Positions 52,584 to 60,656 of a DNA stretch of 64,000 nt are shown one piece after another. The notes below the pieces were generated by a model, which saw nothing but the letters and a program-made list of their open reading frames with translations, searched no databases and was not told where the DNA came from. A program made the position numbers and the translations under genes. Source of the DNA: a virus; the IMG/VR virus record IMGVR_UViG_3300042197_004116, positions 11,464 to 75,463 of that record; one strand, 5' to 3'. How positions within the stretch are numbered: the first letter of the stretch is position 1; every line of letters begins with the position of its first letter.

Positions 52584-52789
52584 AAATAGAATTAGTTACT
52601 ATACAAAAAACCCCAACTTCTACTCACGTTAAAGTTTTAGCAGATAATAAAGATGTGGGAGTTCTATATCTTGCTAACGATGAATTGGATGCTCTTTTGG
52701 ACCTAATTAGAAACGGTATTTCACGTAGTGATACTGAATTTGTCAATGGGCTAAATATTGATGACGGTGAAGAAGACCTAGACGATTGA
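52580..52789 (+). CDS. Hypothetical protein with an acidic tail
   Basis: Coupled ORF. Confidence 0.65.
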   Translation: MKIELVTIQKTPTSTHVKVLADNKDVGVLYLANDELDALLDLIRNGISRSDTEFVNGLNIDDGEEDLDD

Positions 52790-53619
52790 AATTACTAGTA
52801 ACAGGCTCAGAAGGTTATATAGGTAAACACCTTCTCAAACTTTTAGAAAATAAATTTGATATAGATAAACTAGACCTAAAATTAGGTGTAGATATACGCA
52901 AACCTTTTACAACTAACAGAGAGTACGATACTGTTATTCATTTGGCAGCTCTTGCCAATGTAAGCAAATCTACAGAATATCCTGAAGAATATTTTACTAC
53001 TAATGTTTCAGGTACTTTAAACCTTCTTAAAAGCTTTTCATTTAAACATTTTATTTTTGCTTCAACTGGATCCGCTGTTGGTTTAAAAAGCCCTTATGCA
53101 TTATCTAAAAGAATGGCTGAAATTATAGTAGAGGACTTCTGTAAAAAGCATAATAAAGATTACACTACTTTTAGATTTTATAATGTCACTGGGTCTGATG
53201 GATTTCCCCCTACTAACCCTGATAGTTTGTTTGCAAGTTTAATTGAAGCTGAAAAAACAGGAGTTTTTTATATTTACGGTAATGACTACAATACAAAAGA
53301 CGGCACCTGTGTAAGAGATTACACCCACGTTAATGAGATTTGTAAGTCAATTATTAAAGCAATAGATAAACCTGCAAACAATCTTGAAAATTTAGGACAT
53401 GGCTCAGGAACTAGTGTAAAAGAAATGGTAGATATTTATAAAAAAATCAACAATGTTAATTTTAAGGTTGAATTTAGACCAAGAAGGCCTGGAGATATGG
53501 AATATAACGTTTTAGACGATGTATCTAGTTATATGGAAAAAATATATAGTATAGAACACCTTCTAAAAAATATTAAATATATTAATGAAGGAGATAGACT
53601 TCATTCAGTCCATCTGTGA
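52786..53619 (+). CDS. NAD-dependent sugar epimerase/dehydratase (GalE-like)
   Basis: TGSEGYIG, HLAA, YALSK, FRFYNV, DGTCVRDY, RRPGD. Confidence 0.92.
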   Translation: MKLLVTGSEGYIGKHLLKLLENKFDIDKLDLKLGVDIRKPFTTNREYDTVIHLAALANVSKSTEYPEEYFTTNVSGTLNLLKSFSFKHFIFASTGSAVGLKSPYALSKRMAEIIVEDFCKKHNKDYTTFRFYNVTGSDGFPPTNPDSLFASLIEAEKTGVFYIYGNDYNTKDGTCVRDYTHVNEICKSIIKAIDKPANNLENLGHGSGTSVKEMVDIYKKINNVNFKVEFRPRRPGDMEYNVLDDVSSYMEKIYSIEHLLKNIKYINEGDRLHSVHL

Positions 53620-53809
53620 AGAGTTTACAGATATTATTCTTACAGATAAAAAGAAAAATACTGTAATTTTTCACTGTCCTACCAAATACTTTAACACTTT
53701 AAATAAAAGATTGACTGAAAAAGGATATGACCTCACTTTTAAGAAAAGCACAACAAAAGGCTTTTTTACCTGCTCTTATACTAAAGATAGTAGAAAAACT
53801 AAAAATTAA
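53585..53809 (+). CDS. Hypothetical protein
   Basis: TAAATA 5 nt before the ATG. Confidence 0.6.
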   Translation: MKEIDFIQSICEEFTDIILTDKKKNTVIFHCPTKYFNTLNKRLTEKGYDLTFKKSTTKGFFTCSYTKDSRKTKN

Positions 53810-53824
53810 AGCTATAATGTTTTA

Positions 53825-54493
53825 ATGCTTAAGTTTGATAAATTCAGTCATTGCTATAAAAATATACATACAGAGCAGGAATATACTTCTGCTACAACAT
53901 TCATTAGTAAGTTTAAAAAGAAGTTTGATGCAGACTTTCATGCAAAGAGAGTTGCAGAAAAAGAAGGTGTAACTCCAGAGGAGATTAAAGAAAGATGGAA
54001 GAAAATTAATTCAGAAAGCAAGGTAAGAGGGTCTAATATTCACTCTGCTATTGATGATTACAATAAAACAGGAGATATTGATACTGAGTATAAAGAAGTT
54101 ATTGAGTCTTTAGAATCACTAAAATTATATGACCGCAAAAACTCCAAATGTGAAGAGCTTGTTTACAACCATAACTATAAATTAGCAGGGACTGCAGACT
54201 GTATTGAAGACTGTGGTTCAACATTTAATGTTTATGATTTTAAAACTAATAAAAAATTTAATTTGTATTCACAGTATAAGTCTTTTTTTCTAGATCCAAT
54301 ATCTCATTTAAGTGAATGTGAGTACAACACCTACTCTTTACAACTTTCCTTATATGCATTTATGTATCAAAGTATGACTGGTAAGAATGTTGGAAAGTTA
54401 GGTATTTTACATTTAGATGCAGATAATAAATTTACTGTGTTTTATAGTCCTTATCTTCTTTCTGATATTAATAAAATGCTAAATTATGCCTAA
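53825..54493 (+). CDS. PD-(D/E)XK-family exonuclease
   Basis: RGSNIH, E...LAGTAD...VYDFKT, YSLQLSLYA. Confidence 0.85.
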   Translation: MLKFDKFSHCYKNIHTEQEYTSATTFISKFKKKFDADFHAKRVAEKEGVTPEEIKERWKKINSESKVRGSNIHSAIDDYNKTGDIDTEYKEVIESLESLKLYDRKNSKCEELVYNHNYKLAGTADCIEDCGSTFNVYDFKTNKKFNLYSQYKSFFLDPISHLSECEYNTYSLQLSLYAFMYQSMTGKNVGKLGILHLDADNKFTVFYSPYLLSDINKMLNYA

Positions 54494-54944
54494 GATAAGC
54501 TGGGAAAAGCATGCTCTGTTATTAGCGTGGGCAGCAACTCGTAGAAGTGAAGATCCTTATATGAAGGTAGGTGCTTGTGCTTTGGGTCATAATAATGAAG
54601 TTTTAGGAGTTGCATATAATGGATTGGTTTCTGGTAAAGAAGTAGATCAAGAATTTTGGAAAGACAGAGACAAGAGAAGACCTTTCATGATTCACGCTGA
54701 AGCAAACCTTCTTGCAAGAATTAGCTACGGTCAAGCCAAGACTATTGCTATTACTTTACAGCCTTGCACCCACTGTGCCCAAGCAATTGCTGCATATGGT
54801 ATAAAGAAAGTAGTTTATTCAATGAGATATGATTTTGATAAAGGTGGGTTAAACGTTCTAGATTTTTATAACATTGAACATAAATGTATTAGTAAAGATG
54901 AAATGCATGAGGAGGCTAAGAATTTAGTATATGAGATTTATTGA
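54486..54944 (+). CDS. dCMP deaminase
   Basis: RSED...VGAC, YNG, HAEAN, PCTHC. Confidence 0.92.
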   Translation: MPKISWEKHALLLAWAATRRSEDPYMKVGACALGHNNEVLGVAYNGLVSGKEVDQEFWKDRDKRRPFMIHAEANLLARISYGQAKTIAITLQPCTHCAQAIAAYGIKKVVYSMRYDFDKGGLNVLDFYNIEHKCISKDEMHEEAKNLVYEIY

Positions 54945-55371
54945 CGTTATAATAGAGAGTTCCCCTGTTAAAGAAGCTAAACTTTTTAACCCAGCTAAAA
55001 AAGCTCTTGAAAAACCAGATAGTGGGGTTACTATACAAAACCCTGCTGCATTTCACGTGATTAAAGACTGTGCAGGTATGACAGTTAAGTTCTTACCCTT
55101 TTATGTTTTTGGTTTGTATGCTCGTCCCTTTGATGATCTAAAAGGTAAATTTAATTTTCAAGATATTAAAGAATTTGTTGATGCAGCTTTTAGTGATGTA
55201 ACCATGAATCAATTATTAATTCTAATTTTAGATAAAGCAAAAAAACTTCCTTATGCTCCAATTCAAAATTCTAATGATCCTTATGGTGATTATGAGAGTT
55301 ATGAAGGGGTAAATGAAAAAGATGTAGTGTCTCTCCTCTGCAGAGTTTTTGGCACCCCAATTTTAAAATAA
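54931..55371 (+). CDS. Hypothetical protein
   Basis: 146-aa ORF. Confidence 0.6.
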   Translation: MRFIDVIIESSPVKEAKLFNPAKKALEKPDSGVTIQNPAAFHVIKDCAGMTVKFLPFYVFGLYARPFDDLKGKFNFQDIKEFVDAAFSDVTMNQLLILILDKAKKLPYAPIQNSNDPYGDYESYEGVNEKDVVSLLCRVFGTPILK

Positions 55372-55372
55372 G

Positions 55373-55681
55373 TTAAGCTATTTCTTTAGCAAACTTACCA
55401 ATATGTTTGAGGTCAAGTGAAAGAACAAAACTATTAACAGGTTTACCGTCATCAAATCTTTTGATGAATTCATCAACCTTTTTTGTTAATTTTGCTTTGT
55501 ATGCACTTGTTTTATTAGTCTTTTTATTTCTGGTAACCAGGTAAACATGACCAGGAAATACACCAACCTTATCAATATTGTGCATCTTATCCTTAATTGC
55601 TCTAGCAATTGCACAGTTTTGAGGGTTAGCTTTTTCTCCGTATTGTATATGCTTATCTTTAATACCTAAGCTAATCTTCAT
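55373..55681 (-). CDS. Hypothetical protein
   Basis: HIQYGE...NCAIARA...FIKRFDDGKPV. Confidence 0.65.
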   Translation of the reverse strand: MKISLGIKDKHIQYGEKANPQNCAIARAIKDKMHNIDKVGVFPGHVYLVTRNKKTNKTSAYKAKLTKKVDEFIKRFDDGKPVNSFVLSLDLKHIGKFAKEIA

Positions 55682-55716
55682 ACTTTAATTATTTAGTCAT
55701 GGAATAAATACTTTTA

Positions 55717-56076
55717 ATGAAATTAATAGCGCCGTTTATACAAATACAAGAGCAGCTTAGAATCTTACATTGGCAATCTGAGACATACGCACAGCATAAG
55801 GCTTTTGGCAAAGCTTATGAAAGCTTGATTGATCTAGTTGATAGCTTTGTAGAGGTATATTCAGGTAAGTATGGTAAGCCTAAAGCAAAATTAAAATATA
55901 ATATTACTCTAAGCAATTTTGAAGATAACTATATAGAATTTATAGATAGTAGTATTTTGTTTTTAGACGGGTTAACAGATGAATTGGATATCTCTAAAGA
56001 TAGTGATTTACTTAACATCAGGGACGAAATGAAAGCAGTATTAAACACTCTAAAATACTTGCTCACGTTAAAATAA
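55717..56076 (+). CDS. Ferritin/Dps-like four-helix protein (DUF5856-like)
   Basis: LHWQSETYAQHKAFG..YE...DSFVEVY; LLNIRDEM...LKYLLTL. Confidence 0.85.
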   Translation: MKLIAPFIQIQEQLRILHWQSETYAQHKAFGKAYESLIDLVDSFVEVYSGKYGKPKAKLKYNITLSNFEDNYIEFIDSSILFLDGLTDELDISKDSDLLNIRDEMKAVLNTLKYLLTLK

Positions 56077-56094
56077 CATATATAATAGCTAAAC

Positions 56095-56166
56095 GCCCCT
56101 GTCGTCTAAGGGTTAGGATAAGCGGCTTTCACTCGCTTGATACGGGTTCAAATCCCGTCGGGGGTA
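56095..56166 (+). tRNA. tRNA-Glu(TTC)
   Basis: Cloverleaf; anticodon arm AGCGG-CT TTC AC-TCGCT; T-loop TTCAAAT. Confidence 0.92.
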
Positions 56167-56183
56167 TGTTCTTTAAAACTTTA

Positions 56184-56266
56184 GGGCAGATACCGAAGTG
56201 GCCAAACGGGGGAGACTGTAAATCTCTTGGCTTATGCCTTCAGTGGTTCGAATCCACTTCTGCCCA
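56184..56266 (+). tRNA. tRNA-Tyr(GTA)
   Basis: GGAGA-CT GTA AA-TCTCT with a long variable arm. Confidence 0.95.
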
Positions 56267-56269
56267 TAT

Positions 56270-56341
56270 TGCTTGGTAGCTCAGCGGTAGAGCGGTCGGC
56301 TGTTAACCGATTGGTCGTAGGTTCGATCCCTACCCAAGCAG
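56270..56341 (+). tRNA. tRNA-Asn(GTT)
   Basis: GTCGG-CT GTT AA-CCGAT. Confidence 0.95.
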
Positions 56342-56348
56342 ATTTTAT

Positions 56349-56420
56349 GCCAGAGTAGCACAACGGTAGTGCGCCTCATTTGTAATGAGGGGGTTATCGG
56401 TTCAAATCCGATCTCTGGCT
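56349..56420 (+). tRNA. tRNA-Thr(TGT)
   Basis: CCTCA-TT TGT AA-TGAGG. Confidence 0.95.
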
Positions 56421-56425
56421 CATTT

Positions 56426-56498
56426 TGCCGTGTAGATCAATTGGTAGATCACCTGACTCTGGATCAGGTAGTTCTAGGTTCGAGTCCTAGCGCGGCAG
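56426..56498 (+). tRNA. tRNA-Gln(CTG)
   Basis: CCTGA-CT CTG GA-TCAGG. Confidence 0.93.
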
Positions 56499-56541
56499 AT
56501 TTAACTTGTATAATATTTTTTTTCACTTATAATATCTTTAT

Positions 56542-56615
56542 GCACCTGTAGCTCATCTGGATAGAGCAACGGATTTCTAATCCGTTGGTAGCAGGTTCGA
56601 GTCCTGCCAGGTGCG
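56542..56615 (+). tRNA. tRNA-Arg(TCT)
   Basis: ACGGA-TT TCT AA-TCCGT. Confidence 0.95.
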
Positions 56616-56649
56616 ATTGCATTAGTTTAGCAATTTTATAAATCATTAT

Positions 56650-56922
56650 ATGTCTGACAGAATAAATAATTTTATGAAAGATTGTGCATGGATAAGAGCG
56701 GCGTTGTATTTTTTTATTGCTGCTATACCAGCATTAATGGTTGACTTACAACAACACAAATCTTTTTCAGAAATTTCAGATATAACATTAGCAGTAATTA
56801 TAGCAAATTTTGTATTACAAGGTCTTATTGCTGTTAGAGCCTTTATTGATCAATCTATTAGTAGAACACAAAGAGAAAAGAAAGAAAAGAAAGTAGAACT
56901 ACTCAATGAAAAGACTAATTAA
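56650..56922 (+). CDS. Putative holin (two TM segments, charged C-tail)
   Basis: Hydrophobicity pattern; heads the cassette that ends in the endolysin. Confidence 0.5.
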   Translation: MSDRINNFMKDCAWIRAALYFFIAAIPALMVDLQQHKSFSEISDITLAVIIANFVLQGLIAVRAFIDQSISRTQREKKEKKVELLNEKTN

Positions 56923-56926
56923 TTAT

Positions 56927-57391
56927 ATGAATATATTTTTACCTTTTGTTTTAGTTCCGCTTTTGCTTGTTGGTTGTGCTACTAATAATGGTGGTAATGG
57001 TGGTTCAGATGTTGGTGGTACCACCCCTAAACAGGCTGTAGAGAGCGCTCTTCCTTATATTTCACCGGCAGTAACTTTAGCTTGTACAGTAGTACTTGAA
57101 CAGGCAGTATCTCCTGAAGATAGGGTTGAAAAAGCTAAAATGATTAATCATGTTGCAACTATAGTTGAGGGGTTAACACGCGGTGCAACTCCAACTCCTG
57201 ATCAGCTACAAAAAGCACTCTTAGATTATCTACCTGCTGAAAAAACCCACTGGGCAAAATATATTACAGTAGTGAAGGATATCTATGCTGCACAATTCTC
57301 AAAGCTTGACGGTGATGCAAAACTTGGTATTGATGTTCTCAATGCTATAGCAAAAGGCTGTAAGACAGCTACTGACGGATACGTAAACTAA
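56927..57391 (+). CDS. Lipoprotein
   Basis: MNIFLPFVLVPLLLVGC lipobox (alternative start 56906). Confidence 0.75.
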   Translation: MNIFLPFVLVPLLLVGCATNNGGNGGSDVGGTTPKQAVESALPYISPAVTLACTVVLEQAVSPEDRVEKAKMINHVATIVEGLTRGATPTPDQLQKALLDYLPAEKTHWAKYITVVKDIYAAQFSKLDGDAKLGIDVLNAIAKGCKTATDGYVN

Positions 57392-57588
57392 TGCCTGGTA
57401 TAGCTGAAGCAATCATAGGTGCCATTTCTGGGATATTTCAAGCTATAAACAACCTCTTTGGTCATAAAAATACCAAAGAAATGAAAGACAGACAAATTAA
57501 ACAAAAAGAAACTGACTTTCAAAATAGACTAGAAAAAGCAATTAAGGAGAAAGACATTGAAACTATTCGTAAGCTTTTGTCTGAGTAG
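57391..57588 (+). CDS. Possible i-spanin-like protein
   Basis: N-terminal apolar helix plus charged coiled coil; overlaps the next lipoprotein gene. Confidence 0.4.
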   Translation: MPGIAEAIIGAISGIFQAINNLFGHKNTKEMKDRQIKQKETDFQNRLEKAIKEKDIETIRKLLSE

Positions 57589-57973
57589 CTTTTTACTTGT
57601 TGGTTGTGCTACAATTACCCCAAATAAAGTAGAAGACGGAACTGCTTCCTTTGATTCAACTACACCTGTTAATTATGACAATTTAAACTCAGGAATTATT
57701 GGTTTTACTGAAGATGGTAGTGGAATCATAACAACCTTTGGTGTTGAACGTTATAACAACCTTATTGAACAGTATAAAATAAGATTTAAAGAGTTTAAAG
57801 GTGTAGAAATAAAGAAAAATGATGGTATTTCTAATTACGTAGATAAACATGGTAATGTTCTTTATAAGATAGACCCTCAGCATTTTGTATATTACGGGGT
57901 ATTAAATTCGTGGCGTAAGGATGGGGTAGAATCTGATTCACTCTGGGACAAAGCAAAAGACCTAGTTAAATAA
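57557..57973 (+). CDS. Lipoprotein, possible o-spanin
   Basis: FLLVGC lipobox. Confidence 0.65.
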   Translation: MKLFVSFCLSSFLLVGCATITPNKVEDGTASFDSTTPVNYDNLNSGIIGFTEDGSGIITTFGVERYNNLIEQYKIRFKEFKGVEIKKNDGISNYVDKHGNVLYKIDPQHFVYYGVLNSWRKDGVESDSLWDKAKDLVK

Positions 57974-57977
57974 TTTA

Positions 57978-58124
57978 ATGAAACTCATTTTTTTAATAGC
58001 TTTTTTATTGACTGGATGCTCTGAAAATAGCTTACCTCCTTCAAACCTTAATTCTTCTGAAGCTACACTTCAATCTGCTGAAGATGCAAATACTAAAGAG
58101 TTTACAGAAGATTCATTTAAATAA
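57978..58124 (+). CDS. Small lipoprotein, 48 aa, absent from the ORF track
   Basis: MKLIFLIAFLLTGCSENSLPP; TAAATA 5 nt upstream. Confidence 0.7.
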   Translation: MKLIFLIAFLLTGCSENSLPPSNLNSSEATLQSAEDANTKEFTEDSFK

Positions 58125-58130
58125 TAGTAT

Positions 58131-58733
58131 ATGGGGTGGTCATCTAGAGATAATAATTTACGTAGAAACAGTAAACCTACACCTTCTCCCTCTCCTATAG
58201 CACAAAAGCCTGTAGAGAAACCAGTAGTTAAGCAACCTTTAAACTCAGAAAAAACAGATTTAGCTGGGTTAGATGAAAGAAGCGCTAAAAATGTGGCAAC
58301 ACTCCATAATAAGGTACAACAGCTTTTTAGAAATTGGATTTTAGAATGTCAAATTTTAGCAAAAGCTCATGGTTATGAATATAAGGCAATTTCAGGTAAC
58401 AGATCATGGGAAGAGCAAGCTAAAATTTATGCACAGGGTAGAACAGCCCCAGGAAAAATAGTTACTAATGCTAAACCCGGTTATAGTAACCATAATTATG
58501 GAATTGCTGTCGATATGGGTGTTTTTAAGGATGGAAAATATCTAGATGGTTCTAAGCCTTCAGAGGCAGAAGCTTTTCATAGAAAAGCTGCTATAGTTGC
58601 TGAAAAGTATAGCATTGAATGGGGCGGTAGTTGGAAATCGTTTAAAGACTATCCTCATTTTGAATATAAAACTGGTAAAACACTATCTCAGCTTAGACAA
58701 TTGGTTACAGAAGGCAAAGACATATTTGCATAA
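58131..58733 (+). CDS. Endolysin, M15 L-Ala-D-Glu peptidase family
   Basis: RSWEEQAKIYAQGR, SNHNYGIAVD, WGGSW..FKDYPHFE. Confidence 0.92.
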   Translation: MGWSSRDNNLRRNSKPTPSPSPIAQKPVEKPVVKQPLNSEKTDLAGLDERSAKNVATLHNKVQQLFRNWILECQILAKAHGYEYKAISGNRSWEEQAKIYAQGRTAPGKIVTNAKPGYSNHNYGIAVDMGVFKDGKYLDGSKPSEAEAFHRKAAIVAEKYSIEWGGSWKSFKDYPHFEYKTGKTLSQLRQLVTEGKDIFA

Positions 58734-58741
58734 GTAATGGT

Positions 58742-58888
58742 GTGACATTTAAAGATTATTACAAGAAAATAAAAAAGAAAAAGAGCAAATTACCTCAAGC
58801 TAATAACATCCATACTGATACTAGTAATATGCCTAATACTGCTGCATTGCCCGCTGCATCAGGTGCAAATCAACCTAGACTTTCTTAA
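58742..58888 (+). CDS. Small basic protein, 48 aa, absent from the ORF track
   Basis: GTG start MTFKDYYKKIKKKK; TAAGTA 5 nt upstream. Confidence 0.5.
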   Translation: MTFKDYYKKIKKKKSKLPQANNIHTDTSNMPNTAALPAASGANQPRLS

Positions 58889-58909
58889 GGTATAAGTTAT
58901 AATAAAGGT

Positions 58910-59134
58910 GTGAATTATTCATTTAGAGATATTACATTCTCAAAAGAAGAATTTATAGAATTAAAGACTGTTGTAGGTGAGTTCAAAAGAATTTGTCATG
59001 ATCAAGTTTATAGATATGTTAAAGGCTCTTATGAACAGGGTGGTGATGCAGTTTCTCAGAAAAGATTAGAAATAGCTGAAAGCATTCTTTCTAAATTAAA
59101 TACAGCTGAATTTTTAAACAAAACTGTTAAATAA
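58910..59134 (+). CDS. Hypothetical protein
   Basis: TAGACT-N16-TATAAT 6 nt before the GTG. Confidence 0.65.
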   Translation: MNYSFRDITFSKEEFIELKTVVGEFKRICHDQVYRYVKGSYEQGGDAVSQKRLEIAESILSKLNTAEFLNKTVK

Positions 59135-59780
59135 AATTTATATCAATACCTATTATACTTCTATAACCTTCTAGGTTTGAATTATCCGGTATAATAGGTG
59201 TAACATCGTGGTAAAGATCTTTATTTTTATTTTCTTCTACTAATATACACCTTCCTTCTTTTATAATCTTACTAAAAATAGTTTTTTTATTTATAAAAAA
59301 TCTTGAAACTCCACCTCTTATATTTTTCCTCTCTACTACTAAACAAGGCACTAATATATCATAACCATCCCTATGTATACCTTCCGGAGAATTTGATGTA
59401 CCGGTATTTGATGCCTGTATTTTTACAAAATGAAAAATTACTTCAAGATTTTCTGTAAAAAATACATTATGTTTTTTAGCTTTATTTACAATAATAGAAA
59501 TAAGTTTATTTAAAATGGTAATTTGTTTCCTTGAAGGTTGGAATATTGAGAATTTTCTCTTTTTAGATCTCACATCACTGACATTTTGAGAAAACATTTT
59601 TTTGTTGTTAATAATTAGTTTGTTTTTAATTAATTTGGTAAATAAAATTTTTCTGCTTCTAAATGGAGCTATTTTATAGAGATCTATATCATTTTTATCA
59701 AGTTCAAGATCATTAAAAAATGTTTTAAGTGTGTTTATATTTAAATGAGGTTTTAAATTAAAAACAAAAATCTCATTCAT
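59127..59780 (-). CDS. 2OG-Fe dioxygenase (2OG-Fe_Oxy_2/BsmA-like family)
   Basis: NSPEGIHRDGYD, RKNIRGG, YHDVTPI, GYRSII. Confidence 0.85.
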   Translation of the reverse strand: MNEIFVFNLKPHLNINTLKTFFNDLELDKNDIDLYKIAPFRSRKILFTKLIKNKLIINNKKMFSQNVSDVRSKKRKFSIFQPSRKQITILNKLISIIVNKAKKHNVFFTENLEVIFHFVKIQASNTGTSNSPEGIHRDGYDILVPCLVVERKNIRGGVSRFFINKKTIFSKIIKEGRCILVEENKNKDLYHDVTPIIPDNSNLEGYRSIIGIDINFI

Positions 59781-60109
59781 TTTAAATTAATTTTTCCTTT
59801 AAGATTAAACCGTTTTTTTAAGAAATCACTAACATTCTTTACACTAAATTTTTTACATGAAAAAATATCTAAATGAATTACACCTGGGGCTACTTTATCC
59901 CATGAGTGTACACATATATGACTGGTTTTAATAATGGTTACAGAGGAAACTCCTTCGTTGCCTTTATCTTTTATATAAGTGCTATGTGGTCCGGATATAA
60001 TATTCATATCTAATAATTTTGCTATTTGATGTACAAATTTATCGTTCTCCTCAACTGATGAAATAGGATTAAAAGCTTTAAATACAAAAGATTTTTTTTG
60101 TATATACAT
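59777..60109 (-). CDS. speD: Pyruvoyl-dependent S-adenosylmethionine decarboxylase-like proenzyme
   Basis: GVSSVTIIKTSHICVHSW...LDIFSCKKF. Confidence 0.85.
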   Translation of the reverse strand: MYIQKKSFVFKAFNPISSVEENDKFVHQIAKLLDMNIISGPHSTYIKDKGNEGVSSVTIIKTSHICVHSWDKVAPGVIHLDIFSCKKFSVKNVSDFLKKRFNLKGKINLK

Positions 60110-60124
60110 ATAACAATTTAATGC

Positions 60125-60152
60125 TTGAATAATTTAAATCTATAAGTATAAT
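60125..60152 (+). promoter_or_regulatory. Sigma70-like promoter for the tRNA-Met/tmRNA unit
   Basis: TTGAAT-N16-TATAAT. Confidence 0.65.
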
Positions 60153-60157
60153 AATAT

Positions 60158-60230
60158 TGCGGGGTAGAGAAGAGGTTAACTCACCTGGCTCATAACCAGG
60201 AGATCATTGGTTCAAATCCAATCCCCGCGA
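60158..60230 (+). tRNA. tRNA-Met(CAT), initiator-like
   Basis: CCTGG-CT CAT AA-CCAGG; 5' TGCGGGGTAGAG, weak T1-G72 pair, A11-T24. Confidence 0.88.
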
Positions 60231-60242
60231 GTTCATTGACAT

Positions 60243-60649
60243 GGGGCTGAATTGGAATCGATTGAACAGTGTAGTTTATGAATGCAAGTACTGGGGCATG
60301 CCAGTATAAAATAGCAAAAAACTATTAAATGCCGAAGTCAACTTCGACATGGCTATGAGTCTAGAAGAGGCTGATGCAATTCTTGCAACTACTGGCTTTG
60401 TAGACGCAGAAGCCAAACTCGAGCTAGTTTAACTACTCGATCGTCTTATTGTAGATTGAGATTGGTAAAATAAGGCGTGTCACTAATCTCTGACTTGGTG
60501 TGTTATGGTAGTTATCTGCCAAGCGTATTAAATTACCATATAGAATGTGTTTTGCTTAGTTCTATACATTCTGAAGCTCAACTAAGATAAACTTGTAGTG
60601 TTTGTGAATAAAACTATTCAAGACCTGGGTTCAAATCCCAGCAGCTCCA
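60243..60649 (+). ncRNA. ssrA: tmRNA
   Basis: GGGGCTG/CAGCTCC-A acceptor stem with G3-U; 5' GGAATCGA; T-arm CTGGG-TTCAAAT-CCCAG; tag frame from GCC at 60331 after TAAAT. Confidence 0.93.
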
Positions 60650-60656
60650 TGATAAA

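Noticed and set aside
53825-54493. Cas4/CRISPR system
   Set aside because: No four-Cys Fe-S pattern, no other cas genes and no repeat-spacer array
56426-56498. Suppressor tRNA or recoded stop codons
   Set aside because: Anticodon reads CTG (Gln); long ORFs are intact under the standard code and TAA, TAG and TGA all end genes
56369-56551. 60-aa ORF in the track
   Set aside because: Overlaps the Thr, Gln and Arg tRNA genes
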